From Vermamoeba vermiformis (lineage: Eukaryota): a stretch of DNA of 64,000 bases. Every line of letters begins with the position of its first letter. The first letter of the stretch is position 1. Where the stretch lies: assembly GCA_045837725.1 (NCBI GenBank), contig JBEWZL010000127.1:62001-126000 (forward strand), written 5' to 3'. Position numbers and translations under genes: made by a program. Of the stretch, positions 11,173 through 23,300 are shown in pieces. The notes under the pieces are model-generated. The model searched no databases. It was not told the DNA's origin and saw nothing but the letters and a program-made list of their open reading frames with translations.

Positions 11173-14100
11173 TTAAGCAAATTGTTCAGCATAGAACTCG
11201 TAGAGCATCGGTGTTTGCTTGAATTTTCGGATGAAGTCTTCCACCATCGCACGTCGAATAAGAGGCCTAGCAGAAGGTTCGTTAGAAATACTGTGACATT
11301 TATATTGACATGTCATTGCACTTACGGCTTAGCAGTCTCGCGCTCTCGTTCGAGAATAGCACCGTTGATGGCAGTCTGTCGAATCAGCGTGGCAAGAGTG
11401 TGACGCGTGACGACATTCTCGTCAGTCAATGGACCGAGCAATGAGCGCTGTGCAAAGGTAAGTAACGGGCCTAGATATAGATAATAAAGGAGGTACTTAC
11501 ATCTTTGTCGTACAAGATGCGCACGCGGTAGAGTTCATTGTTGAGCGGCACAACGAGCAGCTTGATGGCAGCGCGGAAGTGATTGGCGAACACGAGGTCG
11601 TTGTATTCAGTGATGTTCTCCATCCAAATGATCAAGACACGGTCCAAATAGATCAGATTGCGCTTGTGTTCTTGATCGCTATCGAGTACATCGTGAGTTC
11701 GGGCCTAATAAATCATTCTAACCTGGTGACTTACGTGTTGTGCAATGTCGGCATCATCGTGGCCACGTGGAACACGACTTCAGTGCTGTAAGTAGCGTGA
11801 TAACGAGTGGTAGGACCAGTGACATCCGGTCTCAAACCACCCTTGAAGCCAACGTGTTTTTGCAAGTCAATTTCCCAGCCGAGATTGTTGATGAAGTTGT
11901 GGTACTCCAACGAACAGTCCTGAGGCTCTTGAACGAACAAGTCGCGGTCTGACTTCTTGCCGCGCTTCCAGTACAAGACACCAATGGTGTAGCACTCACG
12001 TTCAACAGCCATGTCGAGCTGTTGGAAAGCGTGGCTGAAGTTCTCGTTGATCTTGATGCCGCTGAATCTGTCTCGGATGTTGATCTCCAAGAAACCAGCG
12101 TGACTCAAGAACAAGCGAGTCGGAGTGCTGTCCAGCGAGGTGTCAATGGAGGGCAGAGCTGGTTGACGCATAGTAACGTCGCAGTCAAGACTAACAGTAG
12201 GATTAATGAAAAGTTGGGCAAACCAAAGAGCTAAATGTACATACCCGAATTTGCGTTGTTTGAGCACATTCTTCTCTTGTTCAGTGCGCTCCTTAGCCTT
12301 GCGAGTGATCATGTCGTGTTTGCGACGCTCTTCTTCGCCCAAAAAGCTGAACAGATCTTCCAAGAACATGGGGTCAATGGGTCTAATAGATGTCAGTAAA
12401 ACGCTTAATTAGCCTTGGCCTGTTCACGTACTCAGTGGGAGGAGTGTCTAAGATGTTCTTGTTGTTCTCTTTGGGCACGTAATTCGAGGCGGCATTTTGA
12501 GGTTGAGGGAACTTCAAGTTCATGTTCCACGCGTATTTGCCAGTCATGTCACGAGTGATGGCAGTGACCTTGAAGTTGCCGGTGCCTATGAGAAGCATTA
12601 AATGAGGGTTCATTCAGCAATACAGCACTACTCACCAGGATCTCTTGGGTGTCTGATCAAGCTGAGAATGTTCGTGTCGGACACGTAGACAGACAGCGAG
12701 GAGTCCTGAATGCTCATTAGCAAGGGCTGCAATGAAGGAAAGATAGCTTACCTTGACGTTGTTCAAGACTTGGAGTTCATTGGCCTGACTGCTGACAGCG
12801 GTAGGACCAAACTTGCTCATCGGGAATGTGTCGAGCTTGGTCAACAAGTTCAAAATGAGCATCTCGGAGACTTCACGAATGGCCTGGGTGGGATCGAAGT
12901 AATACTGCTCGTTGCTGACAATCGCTTGAGGAGCACCACCGCCACCACCTTGCTGTTGGAGTTCAGCACGTTGTTGCGTCAAGGTTTGAATTTGTTGCGA
13001 GTTCATTGGCAGCACACCTTTGCGGCCAGTGAGACCAATCTCAGCGATCTCAAACACGCGGTACAACAGGCCCTTGTTGTCTTCGAGAGGACCGACTTCG
13101 TTCTGTTGCTTTAACAACCATTGACCTTGCATGGCCCATTCACCAATGCAGTTGTAGCAATTGATGATCAAATCTTCGTCGAGCTTGCCTTCTTTGGCTT
13201 GTTTCTTAATTTGAAGTTCCAAGTAGTTGCACAACTCGCGCACAACAACAGCGGCGACCTCCTGTAAGATAGATCGTTAGTCTATTTAAGATAATAGCTC
13301 TCAGACGACGTACAGCGTTGTCTTTGGCCAAGTGAGGGTACAGCTTGGCAAGGTCATAGAGAGCCTTCAGAGCTGAAAGAATGACAGTAGTGGTCCAGAC
13401 TTCAGGCTGCGAGGTGATTTTTTGAATGAGAGTGGTGATGTACGCTTGAGGGAAGTGATTCACGGCCTCGTGATTGACCGACTCGTAAATGAACTCCAAG
13501 CACAACCAAATCAAGAGCTTCTTGTTTTCATCATCGGGCTCCTTACGCAAGTTGCCTAAGAGCACATCTCGAAGTTTTTTCAACTGATGGAAGGTTAGGT
13601 CAGTTTGTCAACAAACTTGAGATCATTATACGTACGTCTTCGTAAGTGTTGTAACCCAAGGGCTCGATGAGATGTTTAGAAGCCTTGAAGCCAGCAGTCT
13701 TGTAAATAGGGGGCAAAGTAAGCATGTAGCTAGCAATCTTGTAACAAGCACGGCGAAGGTCGTGAGCTGGAGCCTTAATGCGCTCAAGACGAGACCAGCC
13801 AGGCTCTACCAACACACGTTGAATAGAATTCAAATACGCAGGGAGAAGAATGCGCGAGCCCTTAAGTTCTGAGGGGAAGAGGGCAGTGCTGGCACGAATA
13901 ATAACGTCCATCAGAGAGTTGTCTTGTTGGATACCCTAATACATCATTAGCTTGGCATTTATGCTATAGTTATTCGTACCATTTCAATGCCACGGTAAAA
14001 TGAGGCCAAGTACTCGGGCAAGAAGTCCGTGTCACTCTTGCCAGTGAACAAAGCCAAAAGTGATTCAAAGGCTTCAGCTTTACCGCGCTCGAAGCCAGGT

Positions 14101-15977
14101 CTGTAGATGTTGGCAGCATCGAGCAAGAATTCGCCAAAGATGTGCAAAATAATGTTGCCATCAGGAGGACGAGGAGTCTAAAAGTGACACGTGTCAACGA
14201 TCAAATACCAAGAATAAAATCACTTACATTCTCGCCGAGTCTGTTCTTGCCAACAGCGAGGAACATTGACACGAGATTGCGAACACCTTTCATGGCTTCG
14301 TAGTAGATGTCTGGTTCAGCGAGCTGTTCCAAGTCTCCTAACAAATCTGTTCGTGAAGTTAAGGACAAATAACGATCAGTGCTAGTACTGCTCGTCTATT
14401 GGCCTTAGATAATCGTGAAAAAGGATACGCAACAAACGGTACCAGGCGTAAGTGATGTACTCGGACTCTAAAATCATCGGCAAGTCACTCGGACCCAAAC
14501 TAAAATACGGTGTTGGTACTTCGCGCGTGGAATATCTTCACTGGTACTTACATGGCGACGTTGATCTTGGGGTCCTTGCTGACGTACAAGTAACGCAACA
14601 GGGCATTAGTGAATCCGTTGCAAGTGAAGTTCCACTGCATGATGACAGGAATGCGGTGTCTCCAAGTCATGATCAGTTCTTTCAACTTCTTCCACATCCA
14701 GTCGTCAGTAGTACCTGATCTGATCCACAACGAAAATAACACCTAATTGCGCATATTTAGAATCAGTAAAGTGATGTCAGAAAATAATCCAAAAAAATCT
14801 ATTTTGACAGATCTTCAAATGTGAATTCCACCGTAAATTGTTACGAAGATCGAATCAACCATACAAGTCCATTATAGATGTAGGTCATATTAATTAGCTT
14901 GTATAATCGTGTTGACTTTACCTTGATGAGTTGCGGGCACAACATGGTCGCTAGCGGTGATTGATCTTCAGGGGCTTTGAGCAAATGGTCGCAAATACCG
15001 AGAAGAATTTTCAACATGGTGTGCCAGGCTTCGAGAGTGAATTTAGGACCGAGTTCACGGCCTGCTGACTCAAAGATCTCGAGCACCGTTGAGCACAGTT
15101 TGGCGTGGGCCTCTGTCACGGGTGTTTTACCAACTGCAGGGCGAGGGCTGAATAGCAATGAGAAGTGCTTGAATATTTTCTGTAATAGGACAGCATTAGT
15201 TTAGGCGAGACAACCATTTCAATTCGGTCCAAAAATAAACAATATTCAGGGTCATAAGAACGTGCGTTTATAGAACAATGTGGGTTAAAAATAAATGTAT
15301 ATCATGCCTCGTTGATATGGATGAATGAGAGGCATTATTGCAATAATGAAAGGAAAATTCAATTTCAGATGCGAAGTTCCAAATTGAAACATGATAGAAT
15401 TAAATACGCTAAAGTAAATTTAGAGAAACGAATAATTTGTTTTGGTTGAACAAATAAATGATAATAAAGCAGTTTGGATTTGTTTCGAAATTTTGGGGCT
15501 CTACATACCAAATAAACGTATTCTTCTTCAGCCATCACAGGCAATGGTCTACGACCCAAATCATGTTCAAATAACCATCGTCTATATAAGTCCGTCACTT
15601 TGCTGATAATAGGTGCATCCTCAACATCCAAACCGAAGGCCTGTCCGACAGTCTCCATAATTACTTTGACGTGCTGAGAGCTTGTCAATCGCATAGTCGC
15701 CTCTGGGTCATTTAATAAGTGCTCTACGCAGTCTCTGGCCATATTTCGGCGGATCTCCTTCGGAAAGGCCAAAAATACACCAGATTCTGCATCAATAAAT
15801 TGTTAGTGATATAAAATAAATTATTACACAATTTAATAATTAATATGTGCACAAAGGCATCATTTATCTCGAGTATGAATTTTGGTTAAAATTTAAACTG
15901 TCACTTGTTGGATGTGCCGACAACTCACCAGGATCGGCCTGAATAAAGCCGAGCTTAAGAATCCAATCTAGAAACAT
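11173..15977 (-). CDS. RALGAPB: Ral GTPase-activating protein beta subunit-like (C-terminal Rap/Ran-GAP domain)
   Basis: N-terminal MFLDW...VIMETVGQAFGL, FKHFSLLFSPR, WRHRIPVIMQW, PDGNIILHIFGEFL, LFPSELKGSRILLP. C-terminal RapGAP-like IGVLY..FINNLGWEIDLQKHVGFKGGL..EVVFHVATMMP. Confidence 0.88.
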
Positions 15978-16109
15978 GTTTGTATCCCTAGATGTGTGGT
16001 GCTTCGATATCGGTCGCGCATAAAATTGAAATTTGGTGGATGTCACAATTTCTTGCCAACAAACAAAAAAACAACCACAGCTTGTTATATTTATTCGTAG
16101 TAATTAATA

Positions 16110-18293
16110 ATGGCTGCACAGTGGTTCTGGAAAAACGATCAAGACAAGTGGGTGCCTTATGACGCCAAAGTTAGCGCCAAGATCGAGAAAGAATATAAAC
16201 TGGGCCGCAAGAGCTGTGCTGTAGATGACGAGCGCTTCGTTGATATTCTCAACTTGTTGCAACGGCGCAGAGATGATATCTCCAAGTGCAGATTGGTCAA
16301 GCGAGAGGAACCTTTGCCGCTCAGCGAGTACGTGTTTTTATTGCTGGGCGATAAGCTTATGGACACTTGGGAGGACGATATTACTAAGCATGGTGGATTA
16401 ATTACTGAATATCTCACTGATAAGGTAGATCTGAATTCGAATTATTAAAAATATTTTTATTAGAAATCAAATGTTATCAGTAATCATCAATCATACTAAT
16501 GCATTATTTTTAAAATTATTTTCAAGCTATTCTAGCTTCGAAGGAGTGGATTCGACGAATTTTACTTATCTTTTCTGTTAAGGTCACGCACGTTGTAGTC
16601 GTCAAATCAGAAGTCAAAAAGCATAACAAGAAATTACAAGAAGCCCAAAAATTGAGCAAACCAATTGTAAACGAAGACTATTTGCATCAGATCATCAAAA
16701 CAGATTTGGGCGGGAACGACACGGACCCTGGAGATTTCGAAGTAGTACGTGCATATTGACTCCCGAGATAGATTTTAATCGATTTGTTTAATATGGCGTT
16801 CTAATTCCTTTTTCGCGCAGGAAGTCGAGGAAGAAGGTCAGCAGCCGAGTCATAAGACGCCTTATTGATCATCTCTAACTAACACTTTACAGTCGTGAAG
16901 ACCAAGCCCAAAGCAGCGAGCAAGTCAGATGTCGATGCGATGGAAGTGGACGAACAAGACGGACAAGCAGTTGACAGCAAGAAAGCCACCATTGATTTGG
17001 CGAAATGTACGTGAAGAGAGCTCAATGCTCTATAATAGTCTTATATCACTCACATGCACTCTCTAGGCCCAGCACGCATCAACAGCAAGTGGATGGGCAT
17101 GCACAATCCCAAGCAAGGCAAAGCAGTCTCGTTCGTGTTCATTGTGACACTCGTCACTGCCACTGGTCGATTCATGGCCTGTGCCTCATGGCCCACTCGC
17201 AAGGGTCTGCAGTTGCATTTGCAGGTACTATAATTGCACGCACACTATATATATTCTAATTACTAGTGAAAATGTCATTTTTTTTGGATCGCGTGTTCTC
17301 TGCCATGCAGATCTGACACAGCAGTATTTACCATAATTTCCTATAGGGTAATATTAAGCCAGACTGGTCATTTGTATTGCACGCGCTAGATCCGAGTGTT
17401 GAGGAGACTACTTGGACTGGAAAAGTGAGCGAGAAGTCTATCAGCGGCAACATTGAGGGCCTCGAAGGACCAGCTGCATTCACCCTCAGTCCCACGACGA
17501 AAGATGGTATGTCATATTTACTTATATATCTAAATTAGGCAATTAGAAATAGATATCTATTATTTTGTTATCCGTTGAAATCTTAGCCTTTTAAAGCAAG
17601 TGCCATGCAAATTTGACATTTTAGTCGCGTGCACCTGCACGTTAACTAACAGAAGTATTGCGTTGTTTGAATTCACTTGTTATGATGCTCAATGCAAATC
17701 TATTAATACTGCCTTCTGTCATATTAATTGATTAATTACGTACGCGTCTGTAATGTTTCCAATTTGACACGAAGCACATCCCTGCTTCAACCAGCAGATC
17801 TGATAGTGTTTTCGACTGACCTATATATTTACTTATACATGACAGAGATAATATGCATTAAAAGTTCCTTGCAAATCATTTTGTTGTTCGAAAAGTCATT
17901 GTGAATTAAACTGGCGCGTGGCGAGGTCTAACAAAATTTATGTATTTAGAGCCCGCATCTCTGGCATTCTTGCAGCCCAATACAGTCGTCAAGGGTGTTA
18001 TGATGCAAGAGTACCCCTTCGACTTCACAGTCTCGAAGAAACAAGCCACGAAGAACAAATCCACGGTGGAAGGCACATTTGTGTGGCCCACCATCTCGAA
18101 CAACAAAACAGCGGTCGAAGGTACATGCGACGGAGCTACATTCGAGTTTGGCGAAGTCAAGCTGTTGGAGGGCAATGACGTGCAAGTGCCGGTCAGTTAC
18201 GTCGGCAAATACAACAGCGCATCCAAGTCAGTGTCGGGCACTTTCAAGAGCGATGACGGCGATGCGCAAGGTCGATTTGAGTTCAGCGTGTAA
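16110..18293 (+). CDS. WWE + BRCT protein with two C-terminal beta-rich repeats
   Basis: WWE: QWFWKNDQDKWVPYDAKVSAKIEKEY..VDILNLLQRR. BRCT: ITKHGG...VTHVVV...AQKLSKPIVNEDYL. Then two modules containing SWPT/VWPT..G...SG. No PARP catalytic domain seen. Confidence 0.8.
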
Positions 18294-18742
18294 TTAATAT
18301 GAATATGTGGTAAATAGTTCTTTCAAATTATTCCTTGGCGCGGATGGGGTAAGGCCCGGAAGACCACGACCAGATCTCCGTTTGGACCACACAATTTACA
18401 AATCGATAGCTATTTTTGGCGTAAGTAACATTATGATCTGCTGTCATCTTTAATTACGAATTTATTTGTCCGGTTCGGAGGTTTCCTTTTTAGAGAAAGT
18501 CGCGCGATCTACATGCCCTAAATACAATCGCAACGTGAACAAATAGTAAATTTAAAACCTACAAGGTAAGCACAACAGCTAACTGCAATGCGATCAAATC
18601 TTGAATGATTTTCTGAAATTGAACGAATTTTATGGAGATTTAGACATTTTTAAGCTGCAGAAACTTGGTCTGAGCTCAATACTTTCTTTTAGGACGTAAG
18701 AAGAGGTGCAACGTACTTAAATTTCTACGTAATTGTTTCGCA

Positions 18743-20230
18743 ATGGACTGTCTACCCTCTGAATTGTTGGTGCAGATCGTGTCCGAACTGGATGACAACA
18801 CGCAGCTAACAAACATGAGGCTAGCCAGCAGAGAGTGGTATAGAGCGCTGAATAGAGATGGTAAGATATTTATTCATGCCAATCGGTGATCATTGGACCG
18901 ATTCGGATCAATTCAACCGTCAAGCGGGTTCCGAAATATCGAAATTAAGCAGACAAATAGACACCCCTTGACAATCTAGAATTATTAGCATTATTACTTT
19001 ACATTTTTAATGCTGCAAAATCGGATCCCGAATTAATTAACAAATGTTAATTTGTATTATCTTCAGAATTTTGGCGCTTACTCTGCGAGAAGGTATATGG
19101 TCCATGCCGACAACAATTATTGACCTATGGTTCGTATAAGAACATGTTTTTACAACTTGGTAAGTAAAATCAATTTCGCATCTGTTACGCGACTTTGGAT
19201 AAATATCAACGTCTTCATTAAATAGAGACATCTGGAATATACATGGACTCGAACAATCCTGATAATCCTACTCTTGCATTGCCTGAGCAAACCAGAGCGA
19301 ATCTGACCTCTGGATTCACCCTCAGTTTCTGGATTTACTTGTTCAAAGACGTTGTGCACGAGAATAGACAACATAACTCATACAGAACCCTTGTTCAATC
19401 GCCCGGTCTATTCTCTCTTTACTTACGGCCTTATGATAACAGTGTAGTGTTGATCGTGCCTGATCCTGAAAGCGAATCTGGTGTACGCTATGTAAGATAC
19501 TCAAATAGTGGAAGGTCTGACGCTAATACACTCTTCATTTAGAAAATCAATACGTGGCAAGAACTAGTGCCCTTGCAATGGAATCACGTTGTATTCTCTT
19601 TCGATGCCGCTTCAAATCGTACTTTGACACGTGTCAACGGTGTGTCAGACACTGTCATCGATCCAAATGTCAAACAACTGCTGTTCAAGCGCTGGGACAC
19701 GCGCATTCAACAAGCTGGCACCGCTCCGTTGCCGCGTAGTGAGGGCATTCTTCGTTCACTGAAAATTCTGTCCCCTCACATTGACGCCGAAGAGCCGCTC
19801 TTGACACGCAGCAAACCTCGCGAAATCTTGACTCCTCAAGAGCGCACTGAGAAGGCCCGCACAATTATGGCTACACAAGAAGCAGGTATTGTCGTTCTAA
19901 TGCTATATACACTCAAGACTCACGTGCGTGACAGTTGAGTTTTCATTCGGTGGTGGCTGTTGGGTGTGTGACTTGTGTCGTCAAGGTGTGATTAAGAAGG
20001 TGCACTACGACTGCACTGAGTGCTCGCTCGATGTCTGTGGCCAGTGCTGGAAGAAGGCTGTGTGGACTGTGCCTTACGATCGGCATGTAAAATCTCAATT
20101 CGAGTACATGCAATCTGACCTCTTGATTAGTGGCTGCCAACACACGCTGTTCTATCAGTTAAAGAATCCTCGTCAAGTAATTTGTGACATTACTTCTCGT
20201 GATCCTGCGATAGCAGTTAATATTGAATAA
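18743..20230 (+). CDS. F-box + concanavalin-A/LamG-like + ZZ-type zinc-finger protein
   Basis: MDCLPSELLVQIVSEL..MRLASREW (F-box), FTLSFWIY...VPLQWNHVVFSFD..VNG (LamG-like), CDLC..HYDCTECSLDVCGQCW (ZZ-like). Confidence 0.8.
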
Positions 20231-20354
20231 AATGAATGAATGAATTAACCGAAAATTTGTTCAAGAGCGCTCCAAAGTCGAGTGCTACTCTTAGTGAGGA
20301 ATTTGTGATGCTTAAGTTGGAGTAGTTTCTTTGTATTTATTTGGATGTATACAT

Positions 20355-23300
20355 TTAACGTTTTCCTTTGTTGATCTCGTCATACGTGTCCTTCACAATG
20401 CTGTAACCGCGGCGCATGAGCAACAATGAGAAGAAAGCAGCTGGGACCCACGGCACCCAGGTCTTGACTTGCATGAAGTACGGTACGATGAGTGGCCAGC
20501 ACATCCACAACAAACTGATGGGAATTAATGTCAAGTCACCAACAGCTCCAAATTTGTGCGTGAAAATTGTTGCTTTGCGCAAGAATCCTCTGTTGGCGTT
20601 GAACATCATAATCGCTTTGGCGACTAAAAACTTGCCAAATGACGCAATGGCACGCCAGAGCTTAACGAGCACGTTCTTTACGGTACCAAACACGACCTTC
20701 AAGCCCTTGTAAATGACTCGCAAGACGGCGAGCACCACGCCTCTGAAGAAGAACGCCAAGACGTCACGCGTCATGTAGGCCATCATTACATAGCCGAGGA
20801 ACGGATTGTAGTGCCATCTAGCGTGACAGAAGCTGCATCAATAATAATGTTAGACCAAATTTTGGAATTCACGGTTGTCACGACTTACTAGGAGTATGTG
20901 TTGAACCACACCAGTCCGTGGTTGACACAGTTCACAATCAAGAGGACGGCCAGTGCGGGCAGATAAGTCAACCACCAAGTGCAATAGAACGCAGCGAACT
21001 GATGCAACTTGTAACACATCCAGCTGGTGACACATGTTAGAATCGCTAGTTAAATGCAGGCACTGAGTACTTACAAGAATCCAACCACTTCAGCGCCAGC
21101 GTACGTTGTGAATAACAAACTGCGCACAAAGCTGAAGAGTCCAAGACGAATGCCGCCAAGGCGAATTAAGTAGAGTACAAGAGCACCTAACAATTGAATC
21201 AGTTCGTGCACGGCTGCGGTCCAATCAACGTGACTTACGGGCATAGATTTGAATGATGAGCAAGTCTGCAGCGAGCACAACCAATACCGTCAGCAAGATG
21301 CCATAACAGTATGAGTGAGCGTTCCACCAGCTCAATGGACCCAAGAACTCGGGCAGAGTTCTACCTCCAGTCCGCAGAATGTCCAAGGTCAACGGCATTG
21401 TAGTGCGGTCATAGCGAGCAATGGAGATGACCAAGGCTCGATTGTACATAACGAAGTATATCATCGGGTAGAAGAGGACTCCCAAGAGCTGTATTGTGTG
21501 GTGTGAGAAGAGGTCGAGAACAACATTCTTGCTGCGTACCTTGAATGGAATGAGGAAGAAGTGGTGAATATGCTTCCAGGCCTTGAAGTGCTCATCGCTA
21601 ATGAGGTAATCGTAGCCTCGGCGATAAGTGTACAGCTCCTCATCGACGCCCATGCCTGTCACTAACTCGCCGTAGAAGACACGGAGATTGCTGCCTTTAG
21701 CTCGTTTGAGCTGATCTCGATTGAAGTCCTTCTCGATCAATGCTTGCCACAGCGAGTCATCGTCACTGACTTGCTTCAAAATCTGATTGCAGAATGAGAG
21801 ACGAGCCAGTGCTTTGGCGGGCAAGTAAGTCATAATCTGTCAAGTGTTAGCACGATATAAAGACAACAAGTCCTTTTCATACCTGAAGAATGACTTCCTG
21901 TGGCACCGCATCAAACAAATTCACGGTTGGTTCAGACTTGCGGAAGAGTCGTGCAAAAATGCGGCGTAAAGCGTCAATTCCAAGCAACTTGGACACGATA
22001 CTCTTATTTTGACTTCTGTAGCGGCGATAGAAAGCCATGGAACGGGAGATGAACGAGTAGATCTGATTGATTGTCGCGAAAATGAAGAGAATCTGTGCGA
22101 TCAACAAGAAGTCGAACAGCCAGTACTTGAATTGTTTGAAGACTGCTTTGTGCTTTCGTGGCGACTAAAACGAGTGTCAGTCATTGTTGCACGCGATATT
22201 GGTATCAGTACCTGTTGCAAGGCTTCGATGAGACGAAGAGATCGCCACAATGTAGCAACAATAATCGAGCCGAGAATGAAGCACACGAGATCTGCTGGGC
22301 CATAGGCAAAGTGACGCAGGACGAGTTTTCGTGCGTGATAGTTGTTGTGTGCCTTGGACACTTGCACGAGCATGATAGGCAGTCTCCAGAAGAATATCAA
22401 CGAGAGGACGAAGAACGGCAGAACAGGCAAATCTTTCACCCAATGCACGAACTCCTTGTTAACGGCTGTCAGGACCTTTTGGTACGTCAAGCCCTGGAAA
22501 CGGCGTTAATATTTTGTCTACATTGCCTCGTTAGACTTACGCTCTTAGCGTATTGACGAATGCGATTGATGGTCGGGATAATGCGCCACAGCGTGCCAAT
22601 GAGGACCACTGACTCTAGCAACAGTCCAAAGTCTCGCAGTGACAAGTGCAGCTGAACGATTACTTCGAGACGACGGTCCTTGGCGTTAGTGAGCTTGAAG
22701 GCACGGTATATCAAGTACACTAATCGCCACGGGGCCAGAACAGTAAGTACGGCAAGCACAAGATAGCTAATGTCGAGCAACAGTTCCTTGAATTGAGTCA
22801 TCACTAAGCCTCTCCATTGCTCGTAAGTGTTTTTCTGGACGGCTATTAGCACGGCACAACGTTGTAATTAGTAAGTAAACATACGCTGTCCATCAAGTAT
22901 TTGAAAGCGATCGGTGCACGCCACAACAAAGTCAACGAGAGCAATGCAAAAGGCACGTCAACTAACAAGCCACCGAATGCAGAGAACATCTCTTGATACA
23001 ACTCCATCAACTCGTCACGAGTTCGCTTCTTCTTTTCAGGATCTTTGATGCGCTGCAAAGATGTTAGTAACTTTATAACTCGTGCACGTTACACTTACTT
23101 CAATTTCAGCCTTCAATATCTTCCACACTTGAGCACGACGCCAGCTCAGCAACAAAATAATGAGCAACACTGCACAAGGTACGTCCAAAAAGACGAGGGC
23201 GGCTTGTTTGGACAATTGAAGTCTACGTCTCCAATACGATTGAAGCTGTGCACGGTTAGTCACATGAAAGTGTACTTTAACTTGTGTTTTTGTTACTTAC

